Assembly: GCA_947053455.1 (NCBI GenBank)
Contig: CAMRSV010000001.1
Location: 32,001 to 96,000, forward strand
Direction of reading: 5' to 3'
Length of the DNA: 64,000 nt
Source of the DNA: an uncultured Alphaproteobacteria bacterium
GTDB taxonomy: Bacteria; Pseudomonadota; Alphaproteobacteria; Rs-D84
Every line of letters begins with the position of its first letter. Positions within the stretch are counted from its first letter, which is position 1. The notes beneath the pieces are model-generated. The model did no database searches. It saw only the letters and a program-made list of their open reading frames with translations, and was not told where the DNA came from. Positions 1 through 10,605 of the stretch are shown in pieces. A program made the position numbers and the translations under genes.

Positions 1-73
1 CATTATAAATAATTTTAAATAAAAAACGCGCTATGTGCATGATTTACTGCATATAGCGTGTTTTTATATTGTT

Positions 74-1462
74 CTATTTTTTCAAATACGATGACGGATT
101 ATATGCCTTTGTACCCTTTCGTATTTCGAAATGTAATTGTGGTTTATCAACCTTTCCGGTGGCACCGACCGTTCCTATTTTTTGCCCGACTGAAACTTTT
201 GTTCCGCGTTTCACCGACAATGAATCCATATGTGCGTACACCGTCATCCATCCGTCTGCATGTTGCACTATTATCAGGTTGCCCATTCCCTTAACCTCGT
301 TCCCGGCATATGCAACAACACCATTTTCAGCCGCCGCCACAGTTGTTCCACGCGCGGCAGATACATTTATTCCGTCATTAAACAATCCATTCGATTTGGC
401 GCCAAAGTGTGATAATATCGTCCCACGAACCGGCCATGAAAATTTGGACGAAGAACGCGCCCCGATAGAAGGCAGTTTTTTTACCGGTTCAGACTTAGTC
501 GTCTTTTTAGAAGTTGATGTAACCGTTGTGCCGGTTGGCGTTTTTTTGATGGACAATGTATCAGATTTTTTGACGTCAACAGATGCCGGCTGCGTCGCCA
601 TACGTACGGGCGCAGATTTTAAATTCGGCACTTTCAATGTTTGCCCAATAGACAAGGTAAACGGGGCAGATAAATTATTCATAACGGCCAAATCATTTAC
701 TGGTATCGAATATTTACGTGACATTGAATACAAGGTATCGCCCGCCCCTACTTTTATTTCACTTAATTCCACACGCGTTGTTGTTGCGGCGCCACGTGCC
801 ACGCTGTGCGTTACAGAACTCGTCTTTTCTGGAACAATGACAACATCGCCCGGCACTTTTATTTTTTGGCCGACGGATAATGCGAACGGCGCCGACAAAC
901 TATTCATCTTCGCCAATTCATCAACCGACGTGTTGTATTTTTTTGCCAATGAATAAAGGGTATCACCACGCGCGACAGTCACCGTTGTTGCTGCCCGCGG
1001 CAAAGCGCCACCACCATATACAGGCACACGCAATACATCGTCCGTGACGGGTGCGGATGCCCCACCCTGCGCATCAGGAGAATAATAAACGATTTCACCG
1101 CCAACCGTCGCATCTGGCGATGCCGACAGATTAGCCCCAGATACCGCCAAGTTATCTGTTGAACCATACTGGGACGCGGCATCCAACGACGGCGGGACGA
1201 TATAGTCATCTATACTTGCATACATGACATAATCATCACCATTGTCCCGGCCATATAATTCGGGCGATGCATAAACGCCATAGTCGGTCGCGGCGGAATT
1301 ATAAATTTCCGGCTGCGTTTCAGGATCTGCCAACAATGCAGGATAACGGGTCGAGATAAAGTCGCCAACCGAATCGGGCAATGACATTATTTTTGGTTGC
1401 AAATCACATGCGCCCAACACGGCACAAAAGCCCGCGATAAAAAATAACCCGATTTTTTTCAT
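74..1462 (-). CDS. nlpD: LysM/M23 peptidase-domain lipoprotein (NlpD/DipM-like)
   Basis: Lipobox VLGAC; two LysM repeats (VARGDTLYSLA, VGAGDTLYSMS); C-terminal M23 domain (FSWPVRG..NDGINV..YAHMD..QLHFEIR) with degenerate Zn ligands as in NlpD. Confidence 0.85.
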   Translation of the reverse strand: MKKIGLFFIAGFCAVLGACDLQPKIMSLPDSVGDFISTRYPALLADPETQPEIYNSAATDYGVYASPELYGRDNGDDYVMYASIDDYIVPPSLDAASQYGSTDNLAVSGANLSASPDATVGGEIVYYSPDAQGGASAPVTDDVLRVPVYGGGALPRAATTVTVARGDTLYSLAKKYNTSVDELAKMNSLSAPFALSVGQKIKVPGDVVIVPEKTSSVTHSVARGAATTTRVELSEIKVGAGDTLYSMSRKYSIPVNDLAVMNNLSAPFTLSIGQTLKVPNLKSAPVRMATQPASVDVKKSDTLSIKKTPTGTTVTSTSKKTTKSEPVKKLPSIGARSSSKFSWPVRGTILSHFGAKSNGLFNDGINVSAARGTTVAAAENGVVAYAGNEVKGMGNLIIVQHADGWMTVYAHMDSLSVKRGTKVSVGQKIGTVGATGKVDKPQLHFEIRKGTKAYNPSSYLKK

Positions 1463-1522
1463 AATAAAATTATATCATAAAATTGCACAGAAATAAAACG
1501 CAATACGTTCACACGCAAAAAA

Positions 1523-2233
1523 TCATTCGCGATTGCGCATGAACAGTATGCTGATTTCGAATAATGCCCACAACGGCAACGCCAATAATACCTGTGATAC
1601 TACGTCCGGCGGCGTCAAGACGGCCGCGGCAACAACAATTGCAACAATCGCGTAACGCCGCATTTTAACAACGCGCGCACGCGACAGCAGCCCCACACGG
1701 TTCAACAACACAAGAAACAGCGGCAATTGAAAGGCAACACCAAACATCTTTAACATACCGACCGCCAATCCCAAATAGTCCCGCGCCGCCGGCAACATCA
1801 TAGCATTTACAGGCGACGCATCATTTAATTCTATGAAAAATTTGAATGCAAAGGGGAATAAAACAAAATATGCGAACGCCACGCCAACGCAAAACAAAAT
1901 TGGCGATGCGACAACTATAGGCCATACAATATTGCGTTCATTACGTTTTAAGCCCGGCGACACAAACGCCCACAAATTCCAAAGCACAGCCGGCATCGTC
2001 AAAATAAGCGCAAACATCGACGCCAATGAAAGTCTTATCATCAAACCGTCGGTGATTCCGGTATATAGCATTGTTCCATCAGCCCATACACGCATCAGCG
2101 GACGTGCCAAAATCTGATGCAAAAACGGCGACATATACCACCCAGCGACAAATGATGCCAAAAATATTACAGCGCACCATAAAATACGACGGCGCAATTC
2201 GGACATATGCTGATACAAAGTCATTTTCTTCAT
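1523..2233 (-). CDS. tatC: Twin-arginine translocase subunit TatC
   Basis: HMSELRRR, FVSPGLKRNE, GVAFQLP, AAVLTPPDVVSQ motifs; multiple TM segments. Confidence 0.96.
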   Translation of the reverse strand: MKKMTLYQHMSELRRRILWCAVIFLASFVAGWYMSPFLHQILARPLMRVWADGTMLYTGITDGLMIRLSLASMFALILTMPAVLWNLWAFVSPGLKRNERNIVWPIVVASPILFCVGVAFAYFVLFPFAFKFFIELNDASPVNAMMLPAARDYLGLAVGMLKMFGVAFQLPLFLVLLNRVGLLSRARVVKMRRYAIVAIVVAAAVLTPPDVVSQVLLALPLWALFEISILFMRNRE

Positions 2234-2541
2234 TTTGCACGCCCTCGTTTTTGGGTTTGCGCAATGGATTTTTTTCGTGATTTTTTAACCACCGCAATGG
2301 GTTGAGAAAAACCATCCAACACCTCATCGGTGGTTGTGCGTATAATTTCATCAATCGGACGCTGCAGGTCAACCTGCTCCTTTAAATGTTCAGAGGCATC
2401 AGTTATCTTCCAAACGGCCGCCCTAATAAAGTTTACCGCGCGCGCCAGAAAACGCGCCACATCGGGCCAATTACGTGCCGGTATAACCACAACGGCCACC
2501 AATATAATTACAAAGAGTTCCGCCCAACTGATTCCGAACAT
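2230..2541 (-). CDS. tatB: Twin-arginine translocase subunit TatB
   Basis: MFGISWAELFVIILVAVVVIP N-terminal TM plus amphipathic helix; overlaps tatC start. Confidence 0.85.
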   Translation of the reverse strand: MFGISWAELFVIILVAVVVIPARNWPDVARFLARAVNFIRAAVWKITDASEHLKEQVDLQRPIDEIIRTTTDEVLDGFSQPIAVVKKSRKKSIAQTQKRGRAK

Positions 2542-2547
2542 TTTCAC

Positions 2548-3165
2548 CTAGTCATAGTAATTGTCGCCACCAGATACGGAAACCGTCTTGTGACGTTGAA
2601 TTTGAAAATAATTTTTACCGAAATCCGTCTTTGTTTTCAATCCGCGGAACGCAACATCTGTTTTTGCACCGGTGGCGTCAACCACAGACCACGAATTCAA
2701 TTTTACCGGATTCTTATCAAACACCACCGTCATATGCCCCAGTCCTTCTTGACCGCGCAGATTCATTTTTAATGAAAATGTATTTTTTCCATCCGCAGTT
2801 TCAACAACATTTATATCTGCATTTTTCAGGTCTATGTTTTTACGCACCAATATTCCGGCCGGTGTGCTGGTTATCGGAATTGTCGTTATCTGATCCAATG
2901 ATTTGTCGAAAAAGTACAAATCACGACCATCCGAAATCAACTGCACCGGCATATCCTTGTAATCAAGCCGAACACGCCCTGGCCGCAGCATGGAAAATGT
3001 TCCGCCCTGTTTTGACCCGGCGGACAATTGCACAAAATCGCCGGTCAATCCAGTTATTGAATTAAGATATTTTTCCGCCGCCGCGACAGATGCAGAATCA
3101 ACCGATGCATGCGAGGCGGCACAAAACAAGGCGCATACAAATGATATGATCACCAGTTTTTTCAT
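2548..3165 (-). CDS. lolA: Outer-membrane lipoprotein carrier protein LolA
   Basis: Signal peptide; LTGDFVQ...RPGRVRLDY...LISDG LolA motifs. Confidence 0.9.
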   Translation of the reverse strand: MKKLVIISFVCALFCAASHASVDSASVAAAEKYLNSITGLTGDFVQLSAGSKQGGTFSMLRPGRVRLDYKDMPVQLISDGRDLYFFDKSLDQITTIPITSTPAGILVRKNIDLKNADINVVETADGKNTFSLKMNLRGQEGLGHMTVVFDKNPVKLNSWSVVDATGAKTDVAFRGLKTKTDFGKNYFQIQRHKTVSVSGGDNYYD

Positions 3166-3168
3166 TTT

Positions 3169-4125
3169 TTATCTCCCTCGAAACAACTCGACTATTTTTG
3201 CCTGAATATTTTCAGGTGTGTCATCACGAACAACCGCGCCGGCCGCAAATTCATGGCCGCCACCGCCAAACGACATGGCAATATCATTTACCGGTTTCAT
3301 CCGACCACGAATGGACAGTCCGATTTGATTTTCCTTTTGATGCTTTATGAGAACAATATACTCTACCCCTTTTATCTGGGACAATATGTTCAAAATCATT
3401 TCACCGCGTCCATCCAGATTACGATAGTCATGCTTTGTCACGTTCGCCACCGCCAGACGCCCATGATAATAAAATTGTGTTTTTGATATAACGTCTGCAT
3501 CCGTCAGAACAGATTTACGTGGCCGATTGTTCATAGAATCTAGCAATGCGCGAATCCGAACGCCCGCATCCACCAAATCACCGACAATCCGCATGGGTGT
3601 CCCATTGCGCGCAAACTTGAAATGACCGGTATCGGTAATTATTGCAACCGTCAAAAGCGACGCCACATCCGTGTCGTATTCCCACCCGGCCGAACGCATA
3701 ATGTTGTAAATAATTTCACCCGCCGCCGATGCATTCTCATCATCCAGGCACAATTGCCCTATTTTTGAATCATTTTTATGGTGGTCTATTTCAACGATAA
3801 AATTTGCCTTTTCCAATATGGGCATGGGACCGCCTATATGATTTACGGTACCGTAATCCACAACAATGGCCAAATCGAATGGTTCGGTCATATCGACGCG
3901 CCCATAATACTTAACATATCCGCGCCGCGGTATATTTTCCAATGTATCAGAAATATTTCCGTCATAAACACAGACGGGACGACATCCGAAATTAATTTCA
4001 ATCAACCGCGCCAGCGCCAAAACAGAACACAACGAATCCCCATCAGGATTTTTATGCCCCATTATGGCGATTGATTTCGCATTTTTGATTTTATCTATAA
4101 AAATATTCAGTTCATTTTCATTCAT
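3169..4125 (-). CDS. nrnA: DHH/DHHA1 nanoRNase / pAp phosphatase NrnA
   Basis: GHKNPDGDS, IDHH, TDTGHF, GGGGHEFAAG; ATG overlaps recJ stop (ATGA). Confidence 0.9.
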   Translation of the reverse strand: MNENELNIFIDKIKNAKSIAIMGHKNPDGDSLCSVLALARLIEINFGCRPVCVYDGNISDTLENIPRRGYVKYYGRVDMTEPFDLAIVVDYGTVNHIGGPMPILEKANFIVEIDHHKNDSKIGQLCLDDENASAAGEIIYNIMRSAGWEYDTDVASLLTVAIITDTGHFKFARNGTPMRIVGDLVDAGVRIRALLDSMNNRPRKSVLTDADVISKTQFYYHGRLAVANVTKHDYRNLDGRGEMILNILSQIKGVEYIVLIKHQKENQIGLSIRGRMKPVNDIAMSFGGGGHEFAAGAVVRDDTPENIQAKIVELFRGR

Positions 4126-5885
4126 TGCAAACATATGTCTTCCAAGAAAAATTGCGCAGAGACACGGCCCTTGTATTCATTTTCCTTAAGCCGCCCCAAC
4201 ATTGTTATTTTAGTGTTTGCATTCGCATCGTCCAGCAAAAAATCACCAACCGGTGTCCCGACCAGATTAAACCCTACAAACGCCAATTGTGTGCCCGCAC
4301 TGGTACCAACCATTCCACGCAGATGCGCCCCATTTCCCATTGGGCATGCGCCATGGAAAACGGCTCCGTGCAGAACAAGCATCGGTTCTGGATTACCCTG
4401 ACCGAACGGTTCCAGCGCAGAAAGTTTCGACACAAGCTTCATCGTGGCTCCCCCCGCATCCAGTTCTGCATCAACAACAATCTCCTGCTGGGGCAGTGCG
4501 CCCCCCAATTGGCGCGATACCGAATTTTCCAAGAATTCAGCAAACGCCGCCTCATTGTTAGCCGGCAAAGAAAATCCCGCTGCCGCTGCATGCCCACCGC
4601 CCTCTGAAACGATTCCAAGTGAAAGCGCCTCGTGTATAATCTGCCCCAAATCAACACCGGCAATAGAACGACCGGAACCATTTATAACATCATCCGATTT
4701 GGTCGCAACACATGTAGGCAAATTATATTTGTCCTTTAGCCGGCCGGCAATAATCCCCATTACGCCACCGTGCCAGTTATCGCCACATACAAACAGACTG
4801 CATTTGCCGGCAGCGCACTTTTCTTCTGCCAATTCGGTTGCACGCAGCATTATCGCATTTTGTATATCTATGCGTTCCTGGTTCATTTTGTGCAACTTTT
4901 CCGCCAAATCGCGCGCAATCAACGGATTGTCCGTCAATAATAATTCCAGCGCGGGTGACGCACTATCTATACGTCCCGCCGCATTCAACCGCGGCCCCAG
5001 CACAAACCCTAGCGCATACACCGACGGATGCTTTACCATGGCTACATCCATCAGCACACACAACCCCAAATTGTTTCGCAGCCCCATTACCTTTAGCCCC
5101 GTCGAAACAAATGCACGGTTTAATCCAATAAGCGGCATTGTGTCGCAAACAGTTCCCAACGCCACCAAATCCAGATAATTTAACAGGTTTATTTTTTCAA
5201 TGCGCGACATAATTTGGTCGTCACCGCGCGATTTTAATTCGCGGTTTACCGCAACCAGCGTTAAAAAGGCAACGCCGACACCAGCCAGATACTGCATACC
5301 GGACGCATCATCTGAACGCTTTGGATTTACAACCGCATCCGCCGCAGGCAACGATGCATCCGGTGAATGGTGATCGGTCACGACAACACGCATTCCACGC
5401 ATACGTGCATGCGCGACATCATCAACCCCACTGATGCCACAATCAACAGTTATCATCAGTTTCGCACCGCAATCTGCAATTTCATCAATTGCCGCAATGT
5501 TTAAACCGTATCCCTCGCCCTCGCGCGTGGGCAAATGCCATATTACATCGCACCCCAGCGAACGCAAATACTTCACAAATATTGCAGTTGATGTTATGCC
5601 ATCGACATCATAATCGCCATATACTGCAATTTTATCATGATTTAAGACTGCATCTGCAATTATGCGCGCGGCGCTATCCATATCGCGCAAGATGCACGGA
5701 TCTGGCATATATTCCTTTATACTGGGATTCAAAAATTTTTGAACGTCGCCCGCATCAGATATGCCGCGGCTGGCCAATATTCTTTCTATCAAATCGCCGG
5801 TTGATGAAAAACCACACTCTGAACTGATATCATTTTCCGTAACCCATGCCCGGCCAAGCATGGATTTATCCACTATTTTTTTCAC
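4122..5885 (-). CDS. recJ: Single-stranded DNA exonuclease RecJ
   Basis: YGDYDVDGITS, TVDCG, TDHH, GPRLNAAGR, GSGRS, GGGHAAAAG. Confidence 0.97.
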   Translation of the reverse strand: MKKIVDKSMLGRAWVTENDISSECGFSSTGDLIERILASRGISDAGDVQKFLNPSIKEYMPDPCILRDMDSAARIIADAVLNHDKIAVYGDYDVDGITSTAIFVKYLRSLGCDVIWHLPTREGEGYGLNIAAIDEIADCGAKLMITVDCGISGVDDVAHARMRGMRVVVTDHHSPDASLPAADAVVNPKRSDDASGMQYLAGVGVAFLTLVAVNRELKSRGDDQIMSRIEKINLLNYLDLVALGTVCDTMPLIGLNRAFVSTGLKVMGLRNNLGLCVLMDVAMVKHPSVYALGFVLGPRLNAAGRIDSASPALELLLTDNPLIARDLAEKLHKMNQERIDIQNAIMLRATELAEEKCAAGKCSLFVCGDNWHGGVMGIIAGRLKDKYNLPTCVATKSDDVINGSGRSIAGVDLGQIIHEALSLGIVSEGGGHAAAAGFSLPANNEAAFAEFLENSVSRQLGGALPQQEIVVDAELDAGGATMKLVSKLSALEPFGQGNPEPMLVLHGAVFHGACPMGNGAHLRGMVGTSAGTQLAFVGFNLVGTPVGDFLLDDANANTKITMLGRLKENEYKGRVSAQFFLEDICLQ

Positions 5886-5926
5886 GCTATACTCTTTTTT
5901 CTTATCAAGAGTATTATAATCAAAAT

Positions 5927-7570
5927 TTATTCAAATAGCAACGGCAGTATGCTATCAAGAATTTTTCCCGTTGTCGGAACCGCATTCCACGCCGCCGTAC
6001 GCCATCCCCACGATTCCTGCGTGGCATGCGGTTCGTCTAAAACGATTAAAATCACATACTGCGGGGCATCGGCGGGAAATATTCCGGCAAAGGCTGTAAC
6101 ATTGCGATTCGAATCAATTTTTCCATTTACCGCCTTTTCCGCGGTTGCGGTTTTTCCACCTATTTTTATTCCGGCAATGCGCGCCCTTCTGCCGCTGGTT
6201 TCTTCGGCAACACGAACCATTATCGGACGCAGTCCCGCCGATATTTCATCAGCTAAAACACGCTGCCCCTGAACCACGCCCACAGAACGCTTTTGCAAAG
6301 TTGGATATATGTATATTCCGCCATTTGTTACCGCATTCACCCCCAACATTAAATGCATCGGGGTAACGGCATACCCTTGGCCGTATGCGACAGTCGCACG
6401 TTCAACCGGCCCCCATTTGCGTTGTGGAATGGTGTTCTCGGTTCGCCCGAACTCTAAATCCAGCGCACTATCCATATGCAGTCTTTCAAAAAACTCCTTT
6501 TGCGCGCCATCCGGCAGTTCCAGTGCAATCTGTGCACTGCCGACATTACATGAATGCACCATAATCTCTTCGACATTAATGCTGGGACGCGGTGGCTTGA
6601 AACTGCGAATATCAGAAATATTTTTTGCAACGCGGCCGAATTTGTCATATATCGGGAACGGTTTGGCGACATAATACTCTTTGTCCTTTGAAATTCCATT
6701 TTCCAGCGCCAACGCTGTATTGAATATTTTAAATATAGAACCCATTTCATACACGCTGCGCATGGGCTTGAACAAACGATTCGCCACTGGGTCTGCCCGC
6801 AAATTTTCTGGATCATAATCCGGTAGTGACACCATCGCAATCATTTCACCCGTGCGCGAATTCATAAGCATGCCCATTGCTGCCTTGGTCTGATATTTAT
6901 CCATGGCAATAGACAACTGTTCATAGAAAACAGATTGAATTCGCGAATCGAGAGACAGACGCAGCGGCGATGTATTTTCACGCAAATATTTGTCGTATGT
7001 TTTTTCCACCCCATCCAGGCCGCGCCCATCGCTACCAACAAAACCAACAACATGCGAAAACAGGCGCCGCTTCGGATATCTGCGTGTTTGGCGTGCCTCA
7101 ACCTCCAGTCCGGGAATTTTTGCAGCACGAATCATATGTCGCACTTCGTCAGATGCCAATTTTTTCACATATGTATAACGATTATTTTTCCTAGCCGCGT
7201 TCACCAATTTCAATGCATCGTTTAAAGAATATTCATACGGCAACGCCCTGTGAATCATTTCGGCCACGGCATCAGAATCACGAACCAGACCCGGCACAAT
7301 TCCGATATGCCCCGATTCGACATTCTTGGCCAAGATGTCGCCATTTCTGTCGACAATGTCCGCGCGTTCGGGAACCCATTGGGCATCGGCGCGCGCCAAA
7401 CGTGACCGTGTAGTGCCATGAAGTCCCAGATATAATGTACGCACTGCAAATATGGCAAACGCAATAACGAACAACAAATATATAAACCGCAACCGGCCAC
7501 GCCCAAACCTGTCGCCGCCGATAACGCCGAAAAAACCATATCTGAATATATCGGTTCCTATTTCAAACAT
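5927..7570 (-). CDS. ftsI: Cell-division transpeptidase FtsI (PBP3)
   Basis: RADIVDRNG, YEMGSIFK (SxxK), HSCNVG (SxN), GGKTATAEK (KTG-like); follows ftsL. Confidence 0.92.
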   Translation of the reverse strand: MFEIGTDIFRYGFFGVIGGDRFGRGRLRFIYLLFVIAFAIFAVRTLYLGLHGTTRSRLARADAQWVPERADIVDRNGDILAKNVESGHIGIVPGLVRDSDAVAEMIHRALPYEYSLNDALKLVNAARKNNRYTYVKKLASDEVRHMIRAAKIPGLEVEARQTRRYPKRRLFSHVVGFVGSDGRGLDGVEKTYDKYLRENTSPLRLSLDSRIQSVFYEQLSIAMDKYQTKAAMGMLMNSRTGEMIAMVSLPDYDPENLRADPVANRLFKPMRSVYEMGSIFKIFNTALALENGISKDKEYYVAKPFPIYDKFGRVAKNISDIRSFKPPRPSINVEEIMVHSCNVGSAQIALELPDGAQKEFFERLHMDSALDLEFGRTENTIPQRKWGPVERATVAYGQGYAVTPMHLMLGVNAVTNGGIYIYPTLQKRSVGVVQGQRVLADEISAGLRPIMVRVAEETSGRRARIAGIKIGGKTATAEKAVNGKIDSNRNVTAFAGIFPADAPQYVILIVLDEPHATQESWGWRTAAWNAVPTTGKILDSILPLLFE

Positions 7571-7869
7571 TATTGCTGTGCGCCCTCGCGGTTTGGCAAA
7601 TCTTCTATTGCGACAGATTTATTGAAACTAATAACCTCTGATTTTGGGGCAATGCTTGTCACCAGATTACGCAAAATTTCCGGACGGACATAGGATGCAA
7701 AATTGGCTTGGGCGACGGCTATCTCCTGCTGGGTGCGGACAATTTGGGTATGAACCCTGTCGCGGGCGCTATTTTGTGTGCGATAACATACCTGCAAACC
7801 AATCGTCAGCAGTATTACAATCCCCAGCCCCCAAACACCAATTTGAAACATTTTCTCTTCTTCACGCAT
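7570..7869 (-). CDS. ftsL: FtsL-like cell division protein
   Basis: Single TM plus coiled coil ending in alphaproteobacterial-like ANFASYVRPE; directly upstream of ftsI. Confidence 0.7.
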   Translation of the reverse strand: MREEEKMFQIGVWGLGIVILLTIGLQVCYRTQNSARDRVHTQIVRTQQEIAVAQANFASYVRPEILRNLVTSIAPKSEVISFNKSVAIEDLPNREGAQQ

Positions 7870-7906
7870 ATTATCGGCACCTGATTTTTATCCTGATTGC
7901 AGTTTA

Positions 7907-8269
7907 TCACAAATTCTGTAAAAATCTAACCATTGAATTCAAGCCATTCATGCGCCCCGCCCCAAGGGTTAAGCCCAACCCGGCAAACTCGCCTAATAAA
8001 TCCATATTTTTTATTTCGGACGGGGTACGCCCATCAACCATGGCGGTCAAAATTGCAACAATACCACGCACCAATGCCGAATCGGCTGTGCCGAAAAATT
8101 TATCATCCAAACGGCATATTTCAACATACGATGCACATCCTGAAATAACGTGGCATTGCGCCGCGGCCGGTGGTGGCGGCATATGCGCCCCAAAATCCAT
8201 AACCAATTCAAGTTTTTGAACCGGGTCATCCACCGCAAGAAGTAAGTTTTTCATTTGCTGATATGTCAT
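7907..8269 (-). CDS. sufE: SufE family sulfur acceptor
   Basis: ISGCASYV, ADSALVRG, GRMNGL motifs. Confidence 0.9.
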   Translation of the reverse strand: MTYQQMKNLLLAVDDPVQKLELVMDFGAHMPPPPAAAQCHVISGCASYVEICRLDDKFFGTADSALVRGIVAILTAMVDGRTPSEIKNMDLLGEFAGLGLTLGAGRMNGLNSMVRFLQNL

Positions 8270-8272
8270 GGG

Positions 8273-8584
8273 TCACCATCCCTGCTCTGTCAAATCAAGT
8301 TCCAGTCGCGCACTTTCAGACATTCGCGACAAATCCCACGGCGGATCCCACACCAAATCAACCCGCACCGGCATTTGTGCGACTTCTGATGCGGCATCGC
8401 GAACTTGAGCCAGCAAATCCTCCATCATAGGACATGTCGGACTTGTGAACGTCATTGTAATTATAACTTCATCTTCATTTATGGCAATGTCATAAACCAA
8501 TCCCAAATCCCATATGTTTACGGGTATCTCGGGATCATATACGGTTTTCAGGGCGTTTATAATATCCTCTTTTGTGGGCAGCAT
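8273..8584 (-). CDS. sufT: Fe-S assembly protein SufT (DUF59/PaaD-like)
   Basis: VYDPEIPVNIWDLGLVY, TSPTCP, WDPPW motifs. Confidence 0.9.
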   Translation of the reverse strand: MLPTKEDIINALKTVYDPEIPVNIWDLGLVYDIAINEDEVIITMTFTSPTCPMMEDLLAQVRDAASEVAQMPVRVDLVWDPPWDLSRMSESARLELDLTEQGW

Positions 8585-8585
8585 G

Positions 8586-9686
8586 TTATTTCACCATATT
8601 TTCTATTATATCCGCAGTCCGCTGCATGTCATCAATTGTATTCCAAAATCCCGGCGATATGCGAATACTGCCCTCAACCCCCAAGGCACGGTGAATCCAT
8701 GTTGCACACATGTTCCCAACACGCAAACATACCCCGTGTGCACCGGCCAACACCCCGAAATCCAAAACATGCATACCGTCAACAACAAAAGATATTAATG
8801 CCGCATCCGGCCGTGTCAGTATTTTCACACGCGGCATTTTTGCCAGCCTGTCATACATATATTTGACAAGATTTGAATCAGCCGGATGGGATTTTATGTT
8901 ATCAATTGCAAACGGCATCCCAACAATCTGGGTAAGCGGCAACGTCCCTGCCTCAAACTTTTCGGGCGGTGCGCTAAAAATAATCTCGTCATCCATAACA
9001 CGCGAAACCATTCCGCCACCGAACTTGTCCGGCAAATATTTTTCCGGATTTTTTATATACATAACGCCGATTCCTGTATCCGCACCAATTTTGTGACCGG
9101 AAAAACACATAAAGTCGCAATCCCACGCGCATACATCAACTGATGCGTGCGCCGCATATTGCGCCGCATCAACAATTGTAATAACATTTGGATTTTTTTT
9201 GCGTGCCGCGCGTACTATTTCCGCAACATCTTGCGTAACCCCAATAACATTTGACATTGCGGTTATAACCATAATATCGGCACGCGGAATTCTTGACACA
9301 TCAATATTATATTGCGAATCAAGTGACATAACAGTCAAATCCGCCACCCCTGCCAAATGCGCATCCATCCACGGCAGACGCGCCGAATGATGATCCAAAT
9401 CGGATACCGCAACCACAGGATGCGGTACATCTTTCAATATATTGCGCACCCGATTCAATCCATCGGTCGCACCGGATGTAAAAACAATCTGCTGTGGTTT
9501 TGCATTTATAAAGGCGCCCACCGCGGCACGGGCATTTGATACCATTTCATCCACCCACGCGGTACGGGAACAAACGCCACGGCCTGAATTGGCATATTTA
9601 TTGCGTAAAAAATCAGATTCTGCATCAATTACCGAGTCCGGTTTAAGACTACTAGCGGCAGCGTCTAAGTATATGATTTTATTCAT
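8586..9686 (-). CDS. sufS: Cysteine desulfurase (SufS/CsdA type)
   Basis: YLDAAASS, DAAQ, FSGHK (PLP Lys), FEAGT, RVGNMCA; start placed at ATG 9686. Confidence 0.88.
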   Translation of the reverse strand: MNKIIYLDAAASSLKPDSVIDAESDFLRNKYANSGRGVCSRTAWVDEMVSNARAAVGAFINAKPQQIVFTSGATDGLNRVRNILKDVPHPVVAVSDLDHHSARLPWMDAHLAGVADLTVMSLDSQYNIDVSRIPRADIMVITAMSNVIGVTQDVAEIVRAARKKNPNVITIVDAAQYAAHASVDVCAWDCDFMCFSGHKIGADTGIGVMYIKNPEKYLPDKFGGGMVSRVMDDEIIFSAPPEKFEAGTLPLTQIVGMPFAIDNIKSHPADSNLVKYMYDRLAKMPRVKILTRPDAALISFVVDGMHVLDFGVLAGAHGVCLRVGNMCATWIHRALGVEGSIRISPGFWNTIDDMQRTADIIENMVK

Positions 9687-9762
9687 TTTATGTTTTCTCT
9701 TGCATTTTATGACGATTATAATACACTCTCGACGAATATCAACAACGTTTAAGGAGAAAAAG

Positions 9763-10083
9763 ATGGCTTTAGAACACGCAAATGACCAAAATTTTGCAGA
9801 TTTAGTAAAAAATGGGATAACCTTGGTGGATTTCTGGGCATCTTGGTGCGGACCGTGTCGCATGTTCGGCCCGATTTTCGAATCGGTTTCAGCTCAAATG
9901 CCTGATGTTAATTTCGTAAAATTTGAAATTGACGAAGGTAACCGCCGCACGCCGGCCAAATACGGAATCCGCAGCATCCCCAGCATTCTGGCATTCCGCA
10001 ACGGTGAACTGATTGAAGCGCGCACCGGCGTCATGGATCCGGAAACATTAACCGCATGGATATATGAATTAAAAGGAGCCTAA
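9763..10083 (+). CDS. trxA: Thioredoxin
   Basis: WCGPC motif; AAGGAG SD before ATG 9763. Confidence 0.96.
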   Translation: MALEHANDQNFADLVKNGITLVDFWASWCGPCRMFGPIFESVSAQMPDVNFVKFEIDEGNRRTPAKYGIRSIPSILAFRNGELIEARTGVMDPETLTAWIYELKGA

Positions 10084-10086
10084 CAA

Positions 10087-10518
10087 ATGGCTGCACAAAA
10101 TTATAAGACTATGGAATTACCGCCAAAGTATTCGCCTAAAAAATCGGAACCCTATATGTGTCCTATGCATTTGGCATATTTTTACCAGGTTCTAAATTCG
10201 CAGAAAGATGAACTGATGCAGGAACGCGCATCTGTTTTAAGCGATGTACGCATGGCAGAAAAAACAGAAACCGCGGGCGTTGGCGACGAAGTTGACAATG
10301 TCATGGTCGATCAGGAAATAAACATGAATCTGCGCATGTCGGAAAGAAACAATAAGCTGTTGGCGAAAATAAACGCTGCGCTGGAAAGACTTGAAAACGG
10401 AACATATGGCTACAGCGTTGTTTCCGGCGAAGAAATTGGCCTGCCCCGGTTAATGGCACGCCCATTGGCCACAATGACTGTCGAAGAACAAGAAGAATAC
10501 GAAAGTCGTAAAAGTTAA
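10087..10518 (+). CDS. dksA: RNA polymerase-binding factor DksA (Zn-free type)
   Basis: EPYM...YF, coiled-coil tip GDEVD, KINAALERLENGTYGY..GEEIG.PRL.ARP. Confidence 0.9.
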   Translation: MAAQNYKTMELPPKYSPKKSEPYMCPMHLAYFYQVLNSQKDELMQERASVLSDVRMAEKTETAGVGDEVDNVMVDQEINMNLRMSERNNKLLAKINAALERLENGTYGYSVVSGEEIGLPRLMARPLATMTVEEQEEYESRKS

Positions 10519-10535
10519 TAAGCATTATAAAAAAC

Positions 10536-10559
10536 AAACCCGCCAAATGGCGGGTTTTT
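10536..10559 (+). terminator. Rho-independent terminator after trxA-dksA
   Basis: AAACCCGCCA-AA-TGGCGGGTTTTT. Confidence 0.85.
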
Positions 10560-10605
10560 ATTAATTTTCCTTTACCATAAATCAAGTTTATGTAAAAATA
10601 TGCAT

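Noticed and set aside
69-956. Long antisense ORFs (also 4444..5178, 19633..20439, 47498..48229, 60664..61323, 61342..62016, 62678..63235)
   Set aside because: Shadow frames opposite well-supported genes, with no recognisable domains.
8586-9863. Overlapping N-terminal extensions of sufS/trxA (also xth, rsmI, mucR, trxB, hemolysin III)
   Set aside because: Artefacts of the longest-ORF track; downstream starts with SD or promoters match family N-termini.
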